Shown one piece after another: positions 49,400-58,090 of a stretch of DNA of 58,090 nt. Under the pieces are notes generated by a model, which made no database searches, was not told the DNA's origin, and was given only the letters and a program-made list of their open reading frames with translations. A program made the position numbers and the translations under genes. Within the stretch, counting starts at the first letter, position 1; every line of letters starts with the position of its first letter. Source of the DNA: Tubiluchus corallicola (lineage: Eukaryota; Animalia; Priapulida); assembly GCA_030141605.1 (NCBI GenBank), contig JAQGDQ010001163.1, positions 1 to 58,090 of the forward strand. The letters are read 5' to 3'.

Positions 49400-52300
49400 T
49401 ATTATACCATACTAAATTTGAAGATTTTAGCAATCTACCAGATAGATATTTTAATTAGTCAATGTTTTACCTTAAATAACTATGATCAGCATGATCCTGA
49501 CACTATAATACCGTCTATTACCTCACAATATTTTTCTCCTGATGAGTTTCATTTATGCATTGATAGTAACTCATCTGATTTAACTATGATGCACATGAAC
49601 GTTGTCAGTTTAAATGAAGAAAAAATTGAACTTATTCACGAATTACTTTCTCCTTTAAGAAACCCTATTAAAATATTAGGCATTTCTGAGACACGACTGA
49701 GCAACGTTTCTGTATCAAATTATGACCTTCCAGGTTACTTTGATTTCCTACGACATGACTTCAGTTTGAAAACACGTATCGGCGGTGTGGGTTTATATAT
49801 CCATTCTTCATTGACGTACTTTGATAGATCAGATCTTAAGCTTAATGTTAATAACTTTGAAAATTAAAGGATAGAATTGGACTCAAAACAACATGTTGGA
49901 GTGGTAGTTGCGCTAATTTACCGACATCCAGGCTTTGGATTCTGTGACGGCCCTTCCTAAAGCGCGTGTTAAGGGTTCTGTGTTATTTCCCTAACGTGTA
50001 ACGTCGTCACTGTTGTGATGTAATATTTAGTAGAAATTGACAATCTCTATTAGTCTAAATAAACTGCGTATTAAATTCAATTGGTTTATTTAATTACAAA
50101 TACAATATGCATAAAAAAACTGTGCACAGATCATTGAAGCAAAACTGTACAAGTATATACGAGGCATACAAGCATACCGGTACCGGGTTTACCACGTCGG
50201 AGTTCCAGTCCTGGCATCAACTGCGTCACCATTCCATTTCCATTCCATGACAATGGTTTCATCACTAGACTTCGTAAACGTATGTGCAACATTCCATTCC
50301 ATTCCATGCGTTATCGATTCATACCATACCATCCGTCATTCGATTCCACCAAGTTCCGACAGCCGCTGGTAGCTCACCTCAAGGACCACCACCCCTTCGC
50401 CTCACAACTGATACGATAGCTACAACTTCCTCGTGAGTCTAGCTTGCTCGACTCCGTCTGCCAACTTGCTGGGAGTCTCACCAATACAAGTCTAGATTAA
50501 GTTCCGTATTCCATTGACTATATTAACATGCCGTTTCTATTCCGTTTATATCATTTGAGGAAGTTCCACAATAGTATAAATCAAAACATCTCAATCAATC
50601 TCGTCAGTGATGTTCGAACTGAGCAGTGTGGACAGACTTTATACGTGCCTGCCACACGCAACAATATGCTCAAAAACCAAGTATCAACTGCATAGCTAGA
50701 TCGAGAAATTCACTTCTCCACGACCTGTAGGAATCACCTGTGTTTATGCATTTTTAAAATAACCAATGAGAGGTAAGTATGCGTTAAACATAACTAGGTT
50801 ACAGGTGCCGATTTCACAGCTGTACATATGCAAAACTAAACTGCTTCATCTCTTCACCTCGTAAAGAAGTATTTCAGGTTCAAATAACTCAGTACTATAA
50901 TAATTGCAACATATTAATATTAATCTAATTGTTAAGAATAAAAATAAAACAGTGTTTATTTGGCTTGGCGCAGGCATTGAAAATAAAAGATCAAGCTTGG
51001 ACAGTAGTACGTCCGATAGTGCACGAAGATAGGGCGCTATGACAGATTCCTTAAAGCATTTCAAATCTGAACTTGAAAGCACAGTCAAAATTGTAAATGC
51101 GGAACAGAACAAATTATATATTATGGGTGATCTAAACATTGATCTTCTGAAATGTGATAGTCACAATTTTTCAGCTCAGTATATATATATGTTATTTTCG
51201 CAGTTTTGTTACCCTTTAATTACAAGACCAACCAGAGACAAATCAAAAACTTTAATTGTTCACATCATAGCAGTTGTATAAACACTGAAATTAATTCTGG
51301 TATATGCCTTTATAATATTAGTGATCATTTGTCAATTTTTGCAACAGTAAAAAACATTAGCGTAACTGGAGATAAAAATTGCAAAATCCATAAACGTAAT
51401 TTCAAAAATTTTAATAAACAAAACTTTATAGATGACATAGAAACTAGTTTCTTAAATTTTGAACAATACCTTACTTGTAATTGTCCAACAGAATACAATA
51501 ATTATATATATATTATAAATAATTATAATATATTATAAATATTTTTAAATACATTAATTTCTACTATAGATAAACATGCACCATTAAGAATGCTTTCAAA
51601 AAAAGAATGTAAATTATTATAAAAAACCTTGGATTACCAGAGGAATACATGTTAGTGTATGGAAAAAACAAAAAAATGTATGTCACATTATTTAAATCTA
51701 ATGATGTGAATAAGCAAAGTAAATATAAAACATATGCCAATATCCTGAATAAATTAAAAAATAAAAGCAAAATATTAAGAAATTTAATTCAGCTAATAAA
51801 AATATTAAATCAATGTGGAAAATAGTCAATGAACTAGTAAAACTAAAAGCCCAAAAGAATTGTCCTACTAAATTAGTTATTAATAATGAGCAAATAACCC
51901 AACCCCAGTTAATGGCTGATAAATTTAATTGTTGAAGTTGGATCAACATTTTCACAAAATATTCCAAATGTCAATAAGCATCATCTTTCGTATTTGACTG
52001 GTAATCTCACTAATGAATTTAGATTTGAACCTACTAATGAAGTAGAACTGCTTTCATTATTAACAGGAAATAAGGGTAACAAAGCCCCTGGTGCAGATGG
52101 TGTCAGTAATTTTTTTGCTAAAATTGCTGTTTCCGTCATTTCCAAGCATATATAATCAATCATCTAATACTGGTATTTTTCCTGTACAGCTTAAACTCAC
52201 TAAAGTAATTCCTGTTTATAAATCAAATAGTAAAACTAAGTTACCTAATTATCGACCAATTTCACTATTAAGTGTTTTTTCTAAAATACTTGAAAAAATC

Positions 52301-53480
52301 GCATTTAATCAACTGTCCTCTTTTCTTCTACAAAACAAAGTTTTATATGACTATCAATTCGGTTTTCGAAAGTCGCATTCAACAGCACTAGCATTACTTG
52401 AAATAACTAATAAAATTGCAGAGGCGCTTGATAATGATCAGTATGTCTGTTGTCTGTTTATAGATTTATCAAAGGCATTTGATACGGTAAATCATTGTAT
52501 TCTTCTAGACAAATTGCATTATTATGGTATAAGACATTCAGCTCAATGATGGTTCAAATCTTTGTGATCGTCTCCAGTATGTCGAACTAAATGGATGTAA
52601 ATCCAATACACTTCCAATTAAGCATGGTGTTCCCCAAGGTTCTACTCTAGGACCACTTTATTTCTTCTATATATAAATGATATGCAACTAAGTTGCTCAA
52701 ATTTAATCTTCAAACTTTTTGCAGATGATACAGATATTTTTTAAGTGATTCAAATATAGACAACTTGGAGAGTGTAATGAATACCCATTTATATAAAGTA
52801 ACAGAATGGCTGAATGTAAACAAGTTCTCATTGAATATTAATAAATCTAACTTCATGCTCCTAAAAAAGAAAAGTAGAACACCATCAACAAATATAACCA
52901 TAGTTCTTAGTAATGTTATTGTTGAAAAAAAGTCACGTGTTAAATATTTATTTCTTGATGAGCACTTAGACTGGAAGTACCAAATAAGTATAATAAAGCA
53001 TAAATTGAGTAAAACCTTGGGAATCATTTACAAATTATTAACAGAGAAACATTGATGAAAATGCATTACAGTTTAGTCTACCCATCTAATATATGGCGTC
53101 ATGTCTTGGGGTGGTGTATATAAAAGTAATCTGGAAGATTTACAAATTGCCCAGAACAAAATTCTCAAACTAATATATCATGCAAGGTATGATCATCCCA
53201 CAAATATAATTTATTTGTCTGTTAAAACTCCTAACGTGAAAGAAATACATGACATGTTTTGTCTTCATTTCATGTATCAGTATCATACAGTCGTAAATCA
53301 ACATGATCATTACACAAGATATTCAGTCGAAAACTATGTACTCCCCCTTCTAAAAACAAATATAATGAAACAGTCATCAAAATATAATGCTATTAAAATA
53401 TGGTCATCAATTCCGCGTGAAATGAAAACTCTTAATCTTTATAAATTTAAAAAAACATCAATTCATAATTCAGGAATATT
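49400..53480 (+). mobile_element. Degenerate CR1/L2-group LINE ORF2 (APE endonuclease and RT), many frameshifts, interrupted by a solo LTR
   Basis: GISETRL, GGVGLYI, IYRHP, MGDLNIDLL, SDH; [37 protein letters not shown]. Confidence 0.93.
49943..51044 (-). mobile_element. Solo LTR (1102 bp) nested in the LINE endonuclease domain
   Basis: TGTGACGGCCC...GGGCGCTATGACA with a perfect 5-bp TSD GATTC (49938-42, 51045-49). LINE coding sequence resumes on both sides. Strand inferred from AATAAA on the minus strand. Confidence 0.88.
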
Positions 53481-54740
53481 CACAAAGAATCTTGAATGCT
53501 GTAAAGTAGTATCTACTTATAAATCTGAATCTTCTTATAAAGTCCTTAAAATCTACAAACTAGTATCCATATTACCAACTGTGTTAAAAATTAGAGAAAG
53601 ATTAGCATTTAATCAGCCCTATTCTTTTTTAATGAAAATAATATTTTATATGACTATCAATTTGGTTTTTGTGAAACTCGGCCCAGTATGCTTTATTTGA
53701 AATTATGGACCGTAGGTATGAAATCTTGATGATAAAAAATTACTGTTTAGTTTAGTTATTGATCTAACAAAAGCCTTTGATATTCTTCAGGAAAAATTAT
53801 GCTTTTATGGTGTCAAGGATACTGACGGTGGTTCAAAAATTGTTCTGTGTGTTGAAATTCAAAATGCTTGTTACGGTCTACGAAAAACATCTGTGGTGTG
53901 CCACAAGAGTCAATTTTGGGACACTTGCTTTTTTGGTCTACACAAATGATCTGCCTAACATACCCAGACTGCTCAGTTTTAGACTATTTGCAGACAATAT
54001 GAAAATATTTTATTTAAATATTTCTTTAAATGAAATTCAAAGCGTCATCAATGCAAAGCTGCTTATGTTATATGTGTGGTTTCTTGCCAATAAATTATTA
54101 AACCTAAAAAATTTAACAATGTTATTTTCAGAGGTAGATTTATTATAAATACTGAAAATTTTAAAGTTGGTCTTAGGAGTATGATAAATACATAGGTGTA
54201 ATGTGTAATTTTAGACAACAAAATGACTTGAAAACACCATGTAAATCACATAAAGATGAAACTTGCTCAGCCTTCTGGTGTATTACATAAATTAGGCTTG
54301 TAAAATCATGTAGAGACTCTTGTAAACGTTTACTATTGTTTAGCATTTTCATTGCTATTGATTATTGAGTTATGGATCAGCTTTTGATACGAATCTCAAA
54401 TCTCTACAAACTTTGCAAAACAAATGTATAGAACCATTTATAAACTGCTACAATTAACAAATCGTGATCACGTGTTATAGAAATTGATATCTTTGAATTA
54501 ATGATTTATATCACCATCCTCCTACATTTGTCAATTATTTAACATTTGTTCAACAAATCCAATGCCATATTACTAATAGAGCTATTGGTAGCTTTCACCT
54601 TCCTGCTATTCACATTTGTTGCGGTTACCAAAATCCTTCATATATTGCTATCCAACATTAGGCTTAATTTTTCATTGGGCAAAAGAACTTCAATTCTAAC
54701 GTTTTAAAAAGCGTATATTTGATTTGTTAATAACACGTAA
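53481..54740 (+). mobile_element. Second, older LINE RT fragment
   Basis: VSILPTVLKI, YDYQFGF, DLTKAFD, CGVPQESILG and LFADN, spread across broken frames. Confidence 0.8.
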
Positions 54741-54996
54741 GCTTACCTCCTAAACTCATTTGTCTGTATTATTATCATTAATTGTTTTTATAACAGTTAT
54801 ATCGTTTTAACTATTAGATATATTGTATGCATTTCTCTGTCTGCACCATGCATGTGTTTCCGTGACTCTCGAAAGCTCACTCTCCTCGAGGCCGATTTAT
54901 ACAATTTCCAAACCGTTTCTTCTTCTTATAATTATTGTTATTGTTGTTATTGTTGGTATGTTTTGTATTGCGAGTCAGCCAAATAAGAACTTCTGA

Positions 54997-55980
54997 ATGG
55001 AATTTAATTGTCTCGCCCACCAAGAGCAATTATGTGACGGTATTGTGACATACACGCGAGAAGTGAGAAAGAACAAACTAACGGAAAATTTTGATTACAT
55101 CATCCGAACTTTCGAAAACTTGCTCGAATGCACAATTAGCGATCGCAAGTGTTTTAACAGAGACGTTCAGACCAAAGATCTATTACAAATCGTCTTCGCT
55201 TACAGTTACAACACCCTTATCAGTGTTGCTCACACATCTCTTCATACAAAAGTTCACCAGGGACAGGTTGATGTTTTTTAGTTGATGTTGTATTGGCATT
55301 TAAATTGGGTGAGGAAACAATTTATTTGCCTATGTTTGAAATAATGGTAACTCAACACAAGACTGAATAAAACGTCTGTGACGCTATTGCCAAGAGACTT
55401 GTTGTAGTTAACCAAAAGGGAATTGACCCAATGCCAGCTTTTTCAAGAGAAGGCATTGCGGCGTGCAAAGAGGCGTAACTTGGTTTGGATTCTATTGGCT
55501 TGTAGAGATATTGCTGTGTTCACTTGACTTATTTCCGATGCTTTAGGTCAGTTGAGTTGTACGATAAGCATCTTCTTGGCGAACAAAAGTTAACTTTTTT
55601 CGAGAAGTGTCAAAATCCTCCACCTGTTACCATCCTTGTCGAGAGTCCTTATCTGCATACTGTGATGAAAACCAAGTATGCACTTCACGATAGAGTACCT
55701 GCTGTTCCAACTGCAATCGGAGATGGCTTCGTAGTTCCAGATGAAGGGGCAATTGGGAATGCGGCATACCATACGCTTACAGTGTTTAGGAAAACGGTAA
55801 ATGCAGAGGGAGATTGGGAATCCAAGCATTTGCTGATGTATTGTTGATAATTCCTAAGACATTAGCGACAAATTCTGACTTTGATCTGCAAGAATTATAG
55901 TGGCCTTACAACATAACTGGACACTGGTCAACGTAGACTTTTGCTGTGGATGCGAGCAGGAATGTCATCACTAAAGGGAT
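54997..55980 (+). mobile_element. Decayed coding remnant, possibly a Mutator/MULE-SWIM transposase
   Basis: GC-richer broken ORFs with weak cues only (CCVH-like and KHLL motifs). Confidence 0.25.
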
Positions 55981-56240
55981 AAAACTTGAGCCGAAAACCT
56001 GCAGAAATGTTTTCTTCTAAAGGTCTACTGTTTTTTGCTGTTTCAGATTTTTTCTCAGACAACTGATTATCAGATACCTGGCAATTAATTTATATTGAAG
56101 TAACTGTATTACACAACAATAATTAAGAAATATGACAAATACATGCATTTTAAATATACACCTCTTCTATATTCTATATAGATATACATATTCTAGAAGG
56201 TAGGATGGGATTACGCACTGTGCCAACTGTTACAATAAGT

Positions 56241-56768
56241 TCAGATTTCACAAAGCTTTTGGAGGAGCATCTTGCCCGACTCGTCACCTCTGTGATAGTA
56301 AAACGGCATCTGTCGGCTACAACATGTTGTGAAGTCGTACTGAAAAGCTTTTAGAAGTATAATGCCAAGCGCTGCTTGGTCGTATCTGTGGCAGCAGTAG
56401 TTATTTGGTGCAGAGAAGTTGCATGGACCAAGTTTTGACCCAAGAGGCGCAATGCAGTCCTCCCTTAAAGCACATTCAGTCCACGGGGACACAATTGACT
56501 GGTAAATAAACTGGGTATTGTACAGCAGGAGAGACGTAGCGTGAATGGCGTTATATCCTTGTTTTCTGTAGTATTCTACAGAAGCATTGAAATAGCTGTA
56601 CATGCCCGGATGTACAAAGCAGTATAGTTTCCGGTTTTGTAACCAGGCAGCGATGCCAGACTTCTTTCTCGTGTAGTCATAGAAGGTTCTCAGCTGTTCG
56701 ATTCTACCTGGTAGCGCCCGAAAGGATGTGTCTATCCAGAAAATAAAGCCCCAGGTTTGAAGTGCTTC
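56241..56768 (-). CDS. DUF1647-like putative glycosyltransferase, last coding exon
   Basis: Acceptor GTTTACAG|GAAGCA. EALQTWGFIFWIDTSFR, HPGMYSYF, PWTECAL.EDCIAP.GS and CHRYDQAALGIIL are the DUF1647 motif series. Confidence 0.8.
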   Translation of the reverse strand, partial: EALQTWGFIFWIDTSFRALPGRIEQLRTFYDYTRKKSGIAAWLQNRKLYCFVHPGMYSYFNASVEYYRKQGYNAIHATSLLLYNTQFIYQSIVSPWTECALREDCIAPLGSKLGPCNFSAPNNYCCHRYDQAALGIILLKAFQYDFTTCCSRQMPFYYHRGDESGKMLLQKLCEI

Positions 56769-57580
56769 CTGTAAACATATCAATACTGATTACTATTGAT
56801 TAGTGTTGGGCATCTACTATTACATTCAGGAATGTGCAACAATACCAATAGGCCTGGAATTTGCTAAAACCAAATAAACTGCAGCATAAATACCCTGCCA
56901 TTCTTGGATGCGCCACATCTGTCAGCTCATTGCACATTTTTAGACGTATGTGAACATACACCTTTAGAAGGAAACCCAAGTTAATAATGCTTTTGTGATG
57001 CACTTAGTTTTGACACAACATTTCTGTACTATGCCTTCTTACATTTCCCAAAAGTTTGGTGAGAGACGTGCTGATAACGTTGACATTAGCTCACAATGAC
57101 TATTTTTACCTTTATGAACCCAGAGAATCCACCAAACATTAATGGGGGAGCTGCTTTTTGTCTTTTGTAGGATTATAGATTAGTTCCTCTACACCACAGA
57201 AGTATTGGAATGCCAAGGAAGAATTTACTGAATCAACCAAACTGAATATTAGTATCAGCATACCATGGATTTATAGCTTGATATTTGTTAAAACTGTGAT
57301 TATAATCCTGCTCTCAATTAGGACTTATTCAAGGTCCTCTAGGTCTGTTTGATCTTGCTGCTCTACTTACCAATGGTATTTGTTTTATAAAATTTGGCAA
57401 CTTGTAAGGAAGGGATCGCGAACTCAGTGGCCTGTTCAATGTAGGTGCTTGTGGTGGGACGGGAAACTATCTGGCTACAGCAGTATAACTGAGGTCATGA
57501 GTGCCACCGAAACATTTTCTGATAAAATTGTCTTGTTGGGATTTAAGTGCTTCAGGTCTGTTATACCATACAGTACTTAC

Positions 57581-57613
57581 TTGTATAATAAGTGGTTTGA
57601 AAGCGGCATGCCA
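57581..57613 (-). CDS. 3' part of the preceding exon of the DUF1647-like gene
   Basis: WHAAFKPLIIQ|GTAAGT joins in phase 0 to EALQ, rebuilding the family A(W/F)KPLIIQEAL motif. An in-frame TGA lies immediately upstream (57614-16). Confidence 0.65.
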
Positions 57614-58090
57614 TCACTGACCCAATGAGCGTGTGCTTTTATGCCAGCAATGCCAGAATGTGGCGTAATAATGCCAGAACAGGCTCATAATTTCAATGTT
57701 TACTGGGAAGTAAATGATAAATTGTTAGCTTATTGTTAATTTTAGAGACAATAATTTGTGTTAATTATACACAGAAGAAAGCTCATGTACAAATTCCAAT
57801 AACGCATTAGAGATCAGTTTTATTGTGATAAAAAAGCAATAGGTTTACTGCAAATAGAACTTAAATCCAAAATAATCTCACACGTGTGGCTAACGACACT
57901 TATTTAGAAAATGCCCTCCTTGTACGTTCCGAATAGCACTTCTACCATTGGTCATTGATGATAAAATTTAGCAAAAGTTTAACTTTGTGAAATGGACATC
58001 CCCTGTGATATCCAGGCAAGCGCTTGCTTCAAACAAAGCAGACAACCTGCAAACAACAAACGCAGGCAGGCGAAAACACATGCATCAGAC

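Overview
AT-rich eukaryotic DNA, almost certainly from an invertebrate animal (GT-AG introns, LINE and LTR retroelements, microsatellites). Scattered among transposon debris are five host genes, all on the minus strand and all from glycan-related families: a FkbM/Methyltransf_21 (Star-like) methyltransferase, a eukaryotic-type UDP-galactopyranose mutase (UGM/glf, makes UDP-galactofuranose), a GXYLT-like GT8 glycosyltransferase, a POMK/SGK196-like sugar kinase and a DUF1647-like putative glycosyltransferase. There is also an inverted, 5'-truncated UGM pseudocopy. The best candidate for a new system is this apparent animal glycan-biosynthesis gene cluster (donor synthesis, transferases, methylation, phosphorylation); shared function is inferred, not shown. 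Structural features include a near-perfect inverted repeat of at least 2342 bp that brackets the methyltransferase and whose arms carry opposite isomers of a 39-bp palindrome, and a full-length Gmr1-type Gypsy element (PR-IN-RT-RH order) inside an intron of the kinase gene. A decayed LINE with a nested solo LTR, several minisatellites and a degenerate hammerhead-like motif are also present. All calls come from motif recognition by eye; no searches were run.
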